A program made the translations under genes and the position numbers. DNA of 64,000 bases from Amphiscolops sp. MND2022. Taxonomy: Eukaryota. The stretch lies in contig OZ076409.1 in the NCBI GenBank assembly GCA_964187785.1, positions 38,566,001-38,630,000 of the forward strand, in the 5' to 3' direction. A model generated the notes under the pieces. It made no database searches, was not told the origin of the DNA, and worked only from the letters and a program-made list of their open reading frames with translations. Of this stretch, positions 1 through 11,759 are shown piece after piece (position 1 is the first letter of the stretch; every line of letters starts with the position of its first letter).

Positions 1-216
1 CTTCCAGTCGTTGACAGAATTAATCCAATGGTTCTCTATCTTATGCGGCAGTATATTCTGGAATCTACACCTCACGTTCATGAACTCTTGCAATCACAAA
101 GTGTACCTGGTTACTCCTTAACCAACGGTACCTGTCTGAACTGAATATTTTTCTCCAGTTTTTGCGTTTCAAGTATGTTCATTCCAAATCCTAGTGTTGT
201 TATTTGTTTCTTCTAG

Positions 217-466
217 ATAGATATCGGGACGATGGTAGTTGAGCAATGCAAAGTGGCCAAGGTAAAGCACCTGGTTCACCTAACCCACGTGACTGTGGAG
301 TTTTCCATCGGCATCCTAGCAAGAGATCACGATGCCAAGGAGTACATAGAGAGGGCGATCAGACAGAAGAACATCCCCGCCACCGGACTCATCCTGCCAG
401 TGCCATTCGAAGTGCTGCTCAAGAGACACAAACCACACAAGATACAGAACAACTTTTACCAACTAG
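217..466 (+). CDS. NMRAL1: NmrA-like family protein, internal exon (upstream exons not identified in the window)
   Basis: Acceptor ttctag ends at 216. Encodes IDIGTMVVEQCKVAKVKHLV...DAKEYIERAIRQKNIPAT...FYQL, typical of NmrA. The phase-1 GT donor at 467 joins in frame to the next exon. Confidence 0.75.
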
Positions 467-853
467 GTCAATACCTCTTTTGTCTCTTTTCTCAGTGAAA
501 AACAACAACTCACCATTGTTGGGCCTCAAGCAAGTCCTTCATCCCTAGCTTAGTGGTATGGTTAGTGACAAAAAAATTACGCATTTGGCGGAGAAAAGCA
601 AATTAAAAAGAGCAACGGTGAGCAGTCAGACCTTGGTAACCACAGCTTCAAGTCCACCATTGCTTTACCACCTGGCTGCAAATATGGTACCATAGCTTGC
701 GATGGGGAGATAGTATCCGAAAGGGCGCCGACTTAGAAAAGCAGAACTGCTTATTCGGCGTCCACCCCGCGGAAGTGGGGAAATTCACTTTCTTTTTCTT
801 CTTCTTTAAAAGTTGTAAAAAATAATTTTCACTGGCTAATAAATTTTTGCATT

Positions 854-3505
854 CCCATGTTGAGCTTTCCATGAGAATCTGTACAGATCTGTGAGCCTTT
901 TTTCCTTAAGGATCTGTAAAGATCGTGTCACTGCTACGGTAGGACAACTGCAGATCTGCAAGGATCTTTACAGATGTTCAGAGATTTTCTGTACAGATTT
1001 TTCAAGAAATTTTATTCGGGAGCTTCCGGGGAAGAATGTATCGCATTTTTGGGCTTTTTCGACAAGTATTTTTGCTGACCAAGGATCAGTCAGTTGAAAC
1101 TCTCCATCACACAACATTCTTGTGCAGGAAAGCTTGTCCCATACCGGTAACTTTGGTGTCAGGTTTAAATATTTCAATTATACCGTTATGATTTCAAATC
1201 AAGCTGTCTAATCAAGAGTATAAATTAGTTACAAAGGACAAAGATAGTTGCACATAACAGAAAACATCGGTCAGAAGCATCATAATTAGGCTCTTAGTTC
1301 AGATAAAAATTTAAACGTTGTTTCTTTGTTATCTGACCAGAGAGATGCAATTATGATGGCACATTTTTCTAAAAACTTAGGTTGCTGTTCCAGCAAAAGG
1401 TCACGCCACGAATTGGGAAAAGCGTTGCCTTTAAAAAAGTCAAAAAAGTACATTCGAACATAATGTGTTCAAATTCTTCCTCACTTTGTTCACAGAAGCT
1501 ACAATTGCTTACAGTGATGTTGGATTTTAAATGTCTTTGTTGGAGTTTATCTTTTATTCCACCATAGAGAAGTCGGTAAATGATGTTTTTTTGGTAGGGC
1601 TTCAGGTCTCTGCGTTTCCAAAAAGATCTCAATAAATTTTGCTTTTCATCGTATGTCAAAGAGAATCTGTTGCAAGTTTTTTCGCATCTATTTCTGTGCT
1701 CTATTTCGGTACAGTCTTCCATTATGAAAAAGAGATACGACACTTTGAAGGTGGTCGAGACGTCTCCTTCAAAGGTGCGGTTTTGAATTTCGTTTTTCAA
1801 TTTTTTGATAGCTATTTCTTTGATATTTATTTCCGACGTTTTGAAAAATTTACGTTCTGTTTTTATTACACCGGCATTGTATTTGAATTGAAGTTCAATT
1901 TCGTAAGCATGTAGTGGGTCAGTGTCATTAAAAAGTATGTTTCTCAAATCGCAGAGCTTTGCGGTGCAAACTTTTTTCTGTATGTTTGGTAGACCTATAC
2001 CGCCTGGGATTGATGGCAGATGAAGTACATTTTGTCTTATTTCGTGTCTTGGAGGGCCCCAGAAACAATTCGTAAAAGCTTTCTGCAACTTCTCGACCAT
2101 CTCTTTTGATACTATTTGATGTCTTAATTGGAAGTAAATTTTTGAGACTGCAAAAATTCTAGATTGATTGCGTTGGGTCTCCAGGACATCTTTCTGCTTT
2201 CAATTTCCTTAATTTTACTCTCTATCGAGTTGGCGTAATTCACATCGATTCTTTCGTTCAGATGTGTAATTCCCAGATTTTTCACCTGTTTCACCGGCGA
2301 TAGAGAATCAAAACCTACAATTGAGTTGTTCCTCATTACCATCGACTTGTCTACATTAACTTCCAGTTGAGTGGATTTGCAGAAACTCTCCAAAAGTTGG
2401 AACAAATGGGACAGTGATTTTAGGTCAGTAAAACATAAGACAGTTGAGAGATTCCAAAAAAAACCTTTTAGTGAAGCCGTTTGAAGTTGCTGAAGTTCAC
2501 AATGCCATTAATAAACTCAACCCCAACAGCGCCCCAGGGCCAAATCGTTTAAGTAGTATTCTTTACAAGCGGTTCTCCAAGCTTTTCGCGAAAACTATTT
2601 GCAACTTCCTAAACGAAATTTAAAAAGACGGACAACTTCCGGCGTCCTTCAAGATGGCAATTTTAAAACTCATCTCAAAAATTGAAAACCCCTTTCTGCC
2701 AGATCACTACAGACCAATAAGTCTATAAAACACTGATCAGAAAATAGTCTCTTTTGTTCTAACTGATAGAATGAAAAACATTTTCAATAGAATGATTAGC
2801 TCAAGTCAGTATGCCTACCTTCCGAAGCGTAGTATGAATTCGGCAATTAACGATGTACGCTTACGAGTTGAAAATCTCAAACAAAAATCACAGAGTCATA
2901 GATGCATTGTTTCAGCAAAACCTTCGATCGCATTGATCGCGAATATATCATCGGCTCTTGGGTGCTGTTGGGGTACCAGAAAGTTTTTGTTCTTTAATTA
3001 AACATGCATATGATGGCACAATATCACTCATTGGGATCAACAGATTTCTGAGCAAAAAGATAAAAATTACCAGAGGAGTCCGTCAAGGTGACCCATTTTC
3101 AGTGTTTCTCTTCATCTTTGGAGTGGAACCTCTTCGTCAAAATTTGGAAACGTTAAATGTGGTCAAAAAATTTTCATCAATGAAAAGCACTGCATATGCT
3201 GATGATGTCTTTGGTAACTTTGGTGTCAGAGAAATATTTGGTGTTGGTTTTTATTGACTTCTATTTGGCGTATGAAAATAGACATGTGGCCACCGTTTGG
3301 GTTGGTAAAGGTGTTGATAAAGTGCTGTTGTTGTAATATTTTGGGAACATGGTTTGATGGAGTAGTTTTGGTAATTGCTGGAAACTTGGAATACGTTATA
3401 GTGATATATTGGTCCTTTTCGTATGATTAATTTTCGAAAAATCCTGGAATATCTGGAAGGATCCGTACAGGTCTGTACAGATTCACAGGGAGTGTTCAAC
3501 ATGGG
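854..3505. mobile_element. Non-autonomous TIR DNA transposon (CCC...GGG termini), interrupted by a LINE
   Basis: cccatgttgagctttccatgagaatctgtacagatctgt (854-) is an imperfect inverted repeat of acaggtctgtacagattcacagggagtgttcaacatggg (-3505). Subterminal gatctgta repeats are present. TSD is unclear (possibly TT). Confidence 0.55.
1163..3212 (-). mobile_element. 5'-truncated, 5'-inverted L1/Tx1-type LINE
   Basis: 17-bp TSD GGTAACTTTGGTGTCAG at 1146-1162 and 3213-3229. The + strand 2450-3210 encodes RT motifs (APGP, YRPIS, GVRQGDP, AYADDV). The - strand 2450-1369 encodes the rest of ORF2, including the CxxC...HIMFEC zinc finger. Confidence 0.85.
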
Positions 3506-3908
3506 TTTTCATTCCATTGCGTTGTCTTCCTAAAGTTTGCAATCGAAAGAGACAATGAGAAATTTGTAGTGTACACTTTGGTTTACTTACAGCTTTTTGA
3601 GATCCGCACTATGAAACAGATTTATATTTTAGCTTTCACGTTCAAAAGTTGCTCGTTTTTATCTAGAAACTTGTGAGCAATTTCATTGCATTTTATGTAG
3701 CTTCCCTGAATGTTTATTTCAGGTTCCATTCATCACTTTAGGCTCTTTAATGATTCAAAACCATTTTGCGATAAATAATAGGACTTATACCGGAACCATA
3801 AATTTTATTGGAGATACGTAGATATTAGCCGACTCATTATGATAAAGAACGTTATCGTGAGAACTCCCAATTTCCACGATGCTTCCTGTCATATTTTACC
3901 TGTTGCAG

Positions 3909-4102
3909 AGATCCCTTTGGGGGAGATGCCATTCGATGGTATCAGTCTGGACAACGTGGGAGACATAGTGGGTGGCATTTTTAAAGACGGGGAGAAAGCG
4001 GTGGGCAAGGACTACGCAGTGACAGCGGGAAAACTGACAGTAGAGGACTGGGCAATGCAACTGAGTACCCATATGAAGCCCAAACACTTCAGGGACGCCA
4101 AA
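3909..4102 (+). CDS. NMRAL1: NmrA-like family protein, exon
   Basis: tgttgcag acceptor and gttagt donor. (E)IPLGEMPFDGISLDNVGDIVGGIFK...HFRDAK resembles the NMRAL1 LPMGDVPMDGMSV...HDAK region. Confidence 0.85.
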
Positions 4103-4521
4103 GTTAGTAACATTTTGCATCAATCATTACAATTGTTGTTATTTTGAATGAATTCTCAAGGTTTGCGATAAATATTAAGTTCGATGATGCTATTTTTCAG
4201 TAACACGATCTTGATTTTTGGTGAGACGATCTTGATCTTGTCATGATCTAGAAAAGCATACCATACCATACGTTACCAGATTCCCAAAAAAAGAGCGGAA
4301 ATGTAAGGCCATTTTAAAATTTCATCACCAATGAGAGGCGCTAGTAGTTTTGTTTCTTCTGATAAACGTAAGAAAAACTGCAAGAATAACAGGATGCTTT
4401 GAGACTCAATTCAAAAGCCCAGGGGCGCAGAGTTCAGGTCTCAAATTCTCTGCAAGAATCAAGAAAAATGTTTCAAGAAATTCATTTCCAAGTCTATTGA
4501 GTTTATATCTACCAATGATTA

Positions 4522-4596
4522 CCAGAAATTTGTCGTCGCAAATTTCGTCGTTAGAAATTTCGTCGCCAGAAATTTCGTCGTCAGAAATTTCGTCGT
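4522..4596. repeat. Intronic ~15-bp tandem repeat (agaaatttcgtcgnn)
   Basis: 4-5 copies visible. Confidence 0.8.
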
Positions 4597-4715
4597 ATAC
4601 TACCGCCTCCCCTACCAATTTATCTAATCAACATCAGTCTTCAGTCTGCGAGGACTTTCAAGATTGTATACTACGACTATTCAATTAAATGGATGAATTT
4701 TGAATGTTTTTACAG

Positions 4716-4901
4716 ATTACAGTGCGCGAACTTCGCCAGAGACAGTTTCCGGGATGTGAAGACATTGCCAACATGTACGAATTTATGGGGAGAATGGATT
4801 TGCGTCACAACGTAGACTTGAGTCGCAGATTGTGCCCCAACTTACTCACGTTCGAACAATGGATCCAGAACCACAAAGCAGACCTTGAGAATGTTTTATG
4901 A
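4716..4901 (+). CDS. NMRAL1: NmrA-like family protein, terminal exon
   Basis: ttttacag acceptor. ITVRELRQRQFPGCEDIANMYEF...TFEQWIQNHK* matches the NMRAL1 C-terminus (FPGAxDLANMF...W). AATAAA near 4992. Confidence 0.85.
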   Translation: MTVRELRQRQFPGCEDIANMYEFMGRMDLRHNVDLSRRLCPNLLTFEQWIQNHKADLENVL

Positions 4902-5114
4902 TCATAAATCCATGTCAATAACCTTCGCAACTTATTTTTAATTACAGAAAACAATCATTTAATTTTGTTGATGAAAAACGGTTAAAAGCTCAATAAATTT
5001 TCGGTTTTGATAAAAATTATTTTGAATCAAAGTATTTTCAGTATACAAAGCAGACAAGTAGGTAAAGATGTTGACAAAACTCAAAGGTTGACTAATACTA
5101 GCTCGGGTTGTTAT

Positions 5115-5365
5115 TACTGGAAAAACCACAGGAATAAGATCTAAAATTACCGAAAAACCACTGGAATAAAATCTAAAATTACCGAAAAACCAGTGAAATG
5201 AAATATAAAATCACTGATTAAAAGTACCGGAAAAAGATCTAAAATCAACGGATAAACCACTGGTATAAGCCTAAAATTACAGAAAAAACCACCGGAATAA
5301 GATCTAAAAAGTTACTGGAATAAGTCTAAAATTACCAAAAAAAACACTGGAACAAGATCTAAACT
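5115..5365. repeat. Degenerate ~30-35-bp minisatellite (ccactggaataagatctaaaattaccgaaaaa)
   Basis: About 7-8 imperfect copies downstream of the NmrA-like gene. Confidence 0.75.
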
Positions 5366-7443
5366 CTCTGGATAAGTGGAAAATGTTTCTCGGACACGAT
5401 CTGAAACTGCAAACAGGGTTTACAGATACTTCAGAACCGGTTTTAATTTTACCATTTTGTTTGACTTTGATGCGTTAAGGTTGCGAATATCGTCTCAAGG
5501 TATTTCGTGTACCAACATTCAGTTGCTAGAAATGTTGAACGAAATTTTCACTTTCGAAATTTTCGAATTTTCCACCGATGGTCCATCGGTGGACCACCGG
5601 TGGGAGATTCTCCACGCAAGCCTATTTTCCACGTTTTTGACCAAAGTCTTTCCACGATTTGTACCAAATTAGTTTAAAGCAATGAAAATGCTGGAATGAA
5701 AATCACTGTAGGCGACAAAAATTGCTGATTGACAAAAGTGCATCAAAACATACGGTGCACTCATGCTTGAACATCCTCAGAACGAAATTGGTTTTCTTCA
5801 GGACCCTACGAGCCATGACTTAATTCTAAAATCTGACACAAGGGTATTGTGTCACGCAATGGCTTTAGTGTTGGTTTGAATAGCATTTCGGCACATTTGA
5901 TTTGTTGGATTTGTTGGCACAAGCAGGATTTGATTTGTTGAAAGCTTTAACAAACCTAGAGAGTATGATTCCAAGGAGGGGAGTGTGGGAGAGTATCTGC
6001 CGACATTCGACCGTTCTTGTTTAGAGCTATATTGGTTGCGCCTAAAAATTATGATAGAGGTCTTCGCACTATTGCCATTAGCAACAACCCCTTTCCCCGC
6101 CGTTTGTCTGGATACAATGTCTTTGAGTCGCCACGAGCAAAATACAGAAACCGACAGGTTGAGCAGCTATTAAAAGAAGCAAAAAACTACAGTTTTGCGC
6201 GTTTTCAGCAGTTTCAGTTCTCTAAATGAAAAATATCAACTGGAAGAACACGCCATGTCGAAGATCGATACTGAAAACGTTTTCAATTCTGTAGATAGAT
6301 AATTCATACTGAAAACGTTTTGAAACTGCAACGAAAAGTTTATAAAATGACGCTGTCACAGTTTTGTTTTTGACTGTCATTTCCTTATCAAACCTTGTGA
6401 AGGGACCCACACAAGTTTTTCGACTATGTTATTAGTTATCAATCATTACTTGCTGAGTTAAAAACCGAGAATGTAAAAAAATGCTACTTTGCAGATGAAA
6501 TTTTGAGCGAGACTACAAAACAGCCTTGATAAACCTCGGAAAAAATGTTGAAGAAGAAATGGTCCTCGGGCTCAAACTTAGACCCAAAAGACCCAAGAAA
6601 GAAAAACAAACAAACTGGAAAAATGAAACGAAAGAGACGGCAATACTACTATTTGTACAATTTGCCTCATTAAGCGCTTTTTGAAAACTACGACAAATCT
6701 AAAAAGTTTTGGCGTTAAATTTTTATCTTCAAGAATTTTAGATTAGATTTAAGAAGTTTCGAGTACACAGTTTACTCGGCAGGCTGGGATTTGAAGTTCT
6801 GGGGTTTTGTCCGGGTGATTGCAACACTTTCTGCTTTTTTGCTTCATTTTATCATCCGACTTTTTTCAGCGGTTACCAAGGACAGGTTTGGCCTCAGTCG
6901 CTCAACGTCGTTCCCTGTAAAAAACTAGTCCCGACCGTTGATGACGTGCAGCTACGAATTTCAATCAGCCTTTTAAAGGCTCAATGGGCCGTTTTGCACT
7001 GTTTTTTTTGTGCAACAAGAGGGCTTGTCATTTCTTACATTAGGCTTAGCGTAACGTTTGTTAGGGTGACGTTGTCATGTCTCAACTTGCCTTCCATGCA
7101 GAAATCCTGATGGACGTACTGAACCGATGCTGAACGCTCAGATGGAGTTATCATGATTTCTGAGAATTAAGCTAAACTACCGGTACGGGATGTCACAACT
7201 GTAGACGCTTTCGTGCCTAGTAGCTTAATGCAAGGCTCCCTCTGCAGAATTGAAACCGAACGTCATCGATTGCCAACTGGATGACCGAAAAACGAAAAGT
7301 GTCTAGATTGCTTCAGCATTGTAACAATTTCCAGCCTGTGCCTGTCACGACCCGCTCCCGGTCGTTGTTTTCCTTGCTGTGCCGGCATACCAGGATTCAC
7401 GAGGGGACTTGGCCACGGATATAGCAAGTACTTTCAAAACTAT

Positions 7444-8302
7444 TGTAACGGCTGCTTGATCACTTCAATTGACCAAGCTTTACGCCGCCCTGAATTCGGT
7501 GCTCGGCACTGCGGATCGTTGCCGTCCACTGCTTGCTTCTTAGATTAAAAGGACTGTATCTTGACTTAGTAGGATTCAATGATCCCGAATTGCACTTCTT
7601 CCTTGTCTCTTAACACGTCCAACTCTCCACAAGTTGAGAGTAACTAACTTAGTCGCCCTAAGTCTTTGGCGAAAAGTCGAAAAGAGGTGAAGAAATGAAT
7701 TGAGAATATATGTGGTCCTAAGACCCAACTTGAATACAGCTTTCCAATCAATTTTTTGCCTAACTAGTTATGGTATTCATATCGTTTACAATTATTCGGT
7801 AAATATGAGGTAAAATATGAAGTATAAATAAATGACATTTAAAGCATAAAATGAAGTTATTGGCTAAGTAAACAAAGAATGTGGTTGTTTTGGCATGTTG
7901 GTTAGGTGGGCTAGAAAGTATGTTTACACAATATAAATATCAATAATTTCAACAGAGTTACATTCTAATGTGGTCATAAGGGTAAATAATAAAGTTTACA
8001 TTTTTGGTTCAATGACCTTGAACACTACACATGTGAGGGGTAAAGGGGGTTATAATGGGTGGATGACCTTGAAACTTAACCGATGTGTTAGTGTTAGGTG
8101 CTTGCGTATGTGTACCAAGTTTCATGTCTCTAGGGTTATTAGTAGTCGAGAAAATCCCGACTGGGGGGGGGTTCGCCGATTTTGTGATGATCGACTTTTC
8201 TTCAAATTTTCATCTAAGTTTTTTAAAGTTTAAGTTTTGTTTCTCAACCAGCATGTTCTGTTCTAAATCGAATTTTTTGCCTGCTGATGACTGGCGCCAA
8301 CA
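7444..8302 (-). repeat. 3' LTR of BEL/Pao element 1
   Basis: Direct repeat of 30171-31013, with a few percent divergence by eye. The purine-rich tract gggagaaaaacagggccggcaa is adjacent on the - strand. Confidence 0.95.
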
Positions 8303-8798
8303 TTGCCGGCCCTGTTTTTCTCCCGAAAAACACTTTCGTAGAACATGGGTGCCAGTTTCACTACTGGTCTTTTGAGTTTTCCATCTTTTGTCACCACTGT
8401 CGCAGATCTAACTCTGCCGTCCCTTCCTTCTTGCCCTTCAAATACTATCGCCATCTTGTAGTTAGACCGCTTCACATTTTCATCCACGACCCAAACCAAA
8501 TCGTTGACTTTCAGCTGTCTCACGTCATCTTTGTTTCACTTATTACGCACATTCCACTCCGGCATATATTCTTTAGTCCATCTAGCTCAAATCATATCTG
8601 AATAAGCTTGCGACACTCGAAAAACTCGTCGCAAATCTGTGTAACGTTGAGCGTCTGGTAGGAATGGTGTGGCTAAATTAGCTCTTCCCATTAAAAAGTG
8701 GTTCGGTGTCAAAGCTTCCAAGTCATCAGGATCGTCACTAACACTAGTCAGTGGTCTAGCGTTCAACGTCTGTTCTACTAAACACATAGTTGTTATAA
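8263..8798 (-). pseudogene. C-terminal part of BEL/Pao element 1 integrase
   Basis: ITTMCLVEQTLNARPLT...LTPNHFL...GRDGRVRSATV continues the frame interrupted at 23948. Confidence 0.9.
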
Positions 8799-9000
8799 AG
8801 TAGTAGTGGAAATCCCGATACTGGCCAACAAAACGCCAAAAATTAAAAGTCCTCAAAACCATTGATTTTGAGGACTTTTTAGAAGACAAATCATCAAAAA
8901 CAGTGTTTTGCCATGAAGCAAAATTCATTAACCTCTATAGTTTAATGTCAACGTTGCAACCAGCGTTCAATGTGTAATGATAAAATTTTGCTGTATAACC

Positions 9001-9099
9001 AACGTTAATGCACAACCAACGTTATTGTACAACCAACGTTAATGTACAACCAGCGTTAATGTACAGCCAACGTTAATGTACAACCAACGTTAATGTACC
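9001..9099 (+). repeat. 17-bp tandem repeat in the TIR (aacgttaatgtacaacc, ~5.8 copies), mirrored in the right TIR
   Basis: Units start at 9001, 9018, 9035, 9052, 9069 and 9086. Confidence 0.9.
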
Positions 9100-9136
9100 G
9101 GCGCATACGTTATTCTTATATAACTCCAACTAACAT

Positions 9137-9397
9137 TGATTCGTCTCCCATAGCTTAGTGGTTATAGCATTGACTAAAGTTAAGGCTTCGGCCGGAGTGT
9201 TTGGGGTTCACTTCTATCCAACGTCCCCCAGTCTTTGTTACAACTTACATGCTATGGGAGAATAATCACCAATGGCACAGTTCTTAAAAAGGATAATCCC
9301 TGCTGTGGAAACTCTTAGTGGAACGGACTCCCGATGGGCTTTGAGTTTACCATAGGTATGCCAATACCAATGGCATGCCTATGGGTTTTGTATTTTT
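9137..9397 (+). ncRNA. Candidate structured Pol III (VA-like or tRNA-derived) RNA inside the TIR, with a second copy on the - strand in the right TIR
   Basis: A box TAGCTTAGTGG (9151-9161), near B box GGTTCACTTC (9205-9214), ggcUUCGgcc tetraloop (9184-9193), long stems and terminal T-runs. Confidence 0.4.
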
Positions 9398-9472
9398 ACC
9401 ACATGGGAAATAATTTTAGCCACGCACAGCTTCACACAACATTAATACACAACAATGAAAAATAACTAATAA

Positions 9473-9892
9473 ATGGCACAGCTTCACAATTACCTCTCAT
9501 TCAAAGACTTTGTTGAAAAATATGGATTAAAAAACGAAGCAACTTCCAATGTAAAAATAAAAGAAATACTTAATGAATTAAATATTCCATGTGGAATATA
9601 CATGAGAGATGATAAGTTTAACACTACCAGTGGTATAGTTAACTTACATCCCTCAGTGGGAACATATTGGGTTATGTTTACAAATCAAAATTATTTTGAT
9701 TCATATGGATGCCCACCCCCAACTAATATACTTAATCATAATAAAAATGGTATTTATTCAGAATATCAAATTCAGACCAACGACAGTTATTGCGCGGCGT
9801 ATTGTTTATACACACTGTATCTCACAAATAAAATTGGGTTCAAAAATGCAGTACTAAATTTATACTACCAAACTTTCAAACTTAACAAATGA
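9473..9892 (+). CDS. Adenain-like cysteine protease (PRO), catalytic His apparently replaced by Tyr
   Basis: IVNL...GTYW, YFDSYG, QIQ...YCAAYCL motifs. Confidence 0.9.
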   Translation: MAQLHNYLSFKDFVEKYGLKNEATSNVKIKEILNELNIPCGIYMRDDKFNTTSGIVNLHPSVGTYWVMFTNQNYFDSYGCPPPTNILNHNKNGIYSEYQIQTNDSYCAAYCLYTLYLTNKIGFKNAVLNLYYQTFKLNK

Positions 9893-10125
9893 AGAAAATT
9901 AATAATTATTCAACTCAATATAAAATTATCTCGCGCAGCTTTGCGACAGCTAACGCACAAAATTTCACGCACAGCTCCACAGAACAGCTTCACAATCAAA
10001 ATCAAAATCATGGAAAAAATACAACAATTTTGCGGAAGCTATCGCATAAGAAAACATTATCAAAAGATAGACAAGAATTTATAAATAACATTTCCGCTAG
10101 GGGATTCAAACATTTTAATCTATAA
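9889..10125 (+). CDS. Small basic hypothetical Polinton protein
   Basis: 78-aa ORF exactly filling the gap between the protease and penton genes. Confidence 0.5.
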   Translation: MKKINNYSTQYKIISRSFATANAQNFTHSSTEQLHNQNQNHGKNTTILRKLSHKKTLSKDRQEFINNISARGFKHFNL

Positions 10126-10128
10126 TAA

Positions 10129-11189
10129 ATGGATCTATCCACCTTCGTAACTTATGATAAAAAAGAATCTCTTCTTTTAAGTATTGCAAAATCCAATCAA
10201 GAAATTGTAGAAAATACTCATTCTAAACCACAAGAAACTCTAGAACTTAAAATGAATAAACAAAAAGAATCTTTCTCATTTGATGTTCCTCTCATTTTAA
10301 ATGAAAAATGGATGATGGGAGTAACAAGTTTAGAAGTATACAATACAGTTTATAATATCACTAACAGCAATAACAAACTACAGATTATTCTAAATGATCG
10401 ACAACTCGATGCACTTGAGTTTGACACGGGAGTGGTGCCAAATATAAAGAAGTTGTATGAAACTTATGATTTAGAAAATAATAAACTTTACTATGAATTT
10501 ATAGAAAAAGCTAATATATATTTACCTACTAGTTATAAAAAAAGAAGAAACTTCCGAAAAAAGATTTTGACTATTTAAAGCAAATGAAGAGCAACATTCC
10601 TATAACTATTCCAAACTTTGAAATTGAGAATGAGTTTATTGATATAAATTTAGTTCCAGGTGTATACGAGTTGATTGAAATAAATAACACCATAAAACAA
10701 ATAATTACTGATTCAGGTTATGAATTAGATGATAAGTCAAAATTCAAAAAAGATCTTACAGTTTTTAGTATTGATTTCAACATAATACCCGACACAAAAT
10801 CGATGAAATCAGTTTTAACAACCTCAAACCCTATTCATTTTAACTCCAAACTTAACAAAGTCCTGGGTTTTACACAACGTGATTACCCATCCGGAACTCA
10901 CACTTCAGAAAAACCAGTCATGATAACAACCACCGACAAAGTTCATCTGAAGTGCGACTGTGTAGATGGTTCAATTGTTAATGGTATACGAGAACAAATT
11001 TTATTTTCTTTCAATTTAAGCGCACCTCCCGGATATAAAATTATAAAAGAACCCACAACTGTTTTGTACAAATCAATTAACAAAACACGACTGGACACCA
11101 TTCAATTTTTCTTTGAGGACTCTAATCATGATTCAGTTGATTTCAACGGGGAGACACTCACCTTCACAATTCAAATTATTAAAATATGA
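10129..11189 (+). pseudogene. Minor capsid protein (penton), frameshifted near 10540-10580
   Basis: N-terminal FSFDVPLILNEKWMMGVTSLEVYNTVYNIT and C-terminal LKCDCVDGSIVNG...PPGYKI...VDFNGETLTF are Polinton penton-like, split over ORFs 10129-10578 and 10584-11189. Confidence 0.8.
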
Positions 11190-11256
11190 TGTTGGGCGAT
11201 AGCTTTCGCGATAGCTTTCACGAAGCTCCACAAAAATGATAATTTTTTTTCAATAA

Positions 11257-11733
11257 ATGAGTTATAATAAATTTATAAATAATTCATATTGTGTTGGTGG
11301 AAAACACTATTCTCCCACCACAAATATTCATGGAGAAATTACAAACACTGGGATACAGATGGGCAGGCCCGTACACACATTACGTGGCAACTGCATGATA
11401 TGTAACAGAAATAAGAGTCTAATTGTATCTGAACGAACAATAGATGGGGAAGGATTGGGAGACTTTTTCAAACATTTAGGTTCTGCAGCCAAAAATGTTG
11501 GAAAGAAAATACTCAATAATCCAGGCCGCGCACTAGAAATAGCAGCAAATATTGGAACTGCAGCAGCAAGTAAAAATCCACGAATAATTGCCGCAACTGC
11601 CCCTGACGTTATTAAATTTGTTCATCAAGGGAAGGGGTTATACAAAGCTGAAGGTTTGTCGAGTAAAGGCAGCAAAGCAGGCAGCAAAGCAAGTAAAGGG
11701 GGTAAAGGCCTGTATCTGGGGAAAATCCACTAG
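11257..11733 (+). CDS. Putative core or membrane-lytic protein (Cys-containing N-terminus, GxG cleavage-like sites, amphipathic helix)
   Basis: YCV...CMIC, IDGEG-LGDFFKHLGSAAKNVGKKIL, two GKGL, basic tail. Confidence 0.6.
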   Translation: MSYNKFINNSYCVGGKHYSPTTNIHGEITNTGIQMGRPVHTLRGNCMICNRNKSLIVSERTIDGEGLGDFFKHLGSAAKNVGKKILNNPGRALEIAANIGTAAASKNPRIIAATAPDVIKFVHQGKGLYKAEGLSSKGSKAGSKASKGGKGLYLGKIH

Positions 11734-11759
11734 TTAGATTCATTAAATAAATTTAATAA

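Larger units (their letters stand above)
8799..9397 (+). repeat. Left terminal inverted repeat of the Polinton (599 bp)
   Basis: Reverse complement of 23349-23947, with about 5 mismatches seen. Confidence 0.95.

Noticed and set aside
1..130. Possible upstream NmrA-like exon
   Set aside because: Translations do not match the expected NmrA N-terminal region.
4350..4688. ORFs with EISS/DDEIS repeats
   Set aside because: Translation of an intronic 15-bp tandem repeat.
5376..7440. Short ORFs and a GC-rich stretch that may be old TE debris
   Set aside because: No motif I can assign with confidence.
7970..8375. ORFs repeated at 30776-30976, and similarly 49139/62146 and 56008/60423
   Set aside because: Incidental frames inside LTRs.
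8587..8928. 113-aa ORF, and its mirror at 23818-24009
   Set aside because: Chimeric read-through from the TIR into BEL integrase sequence, not a gene.
9144..9225. Possible tRNA gene in the TIR
   Set aside because: A D-arm-like start is present, but there is no canonical anticodon loop, T-stem or acceptor pairing. Kept only as an ncRNA candidate.
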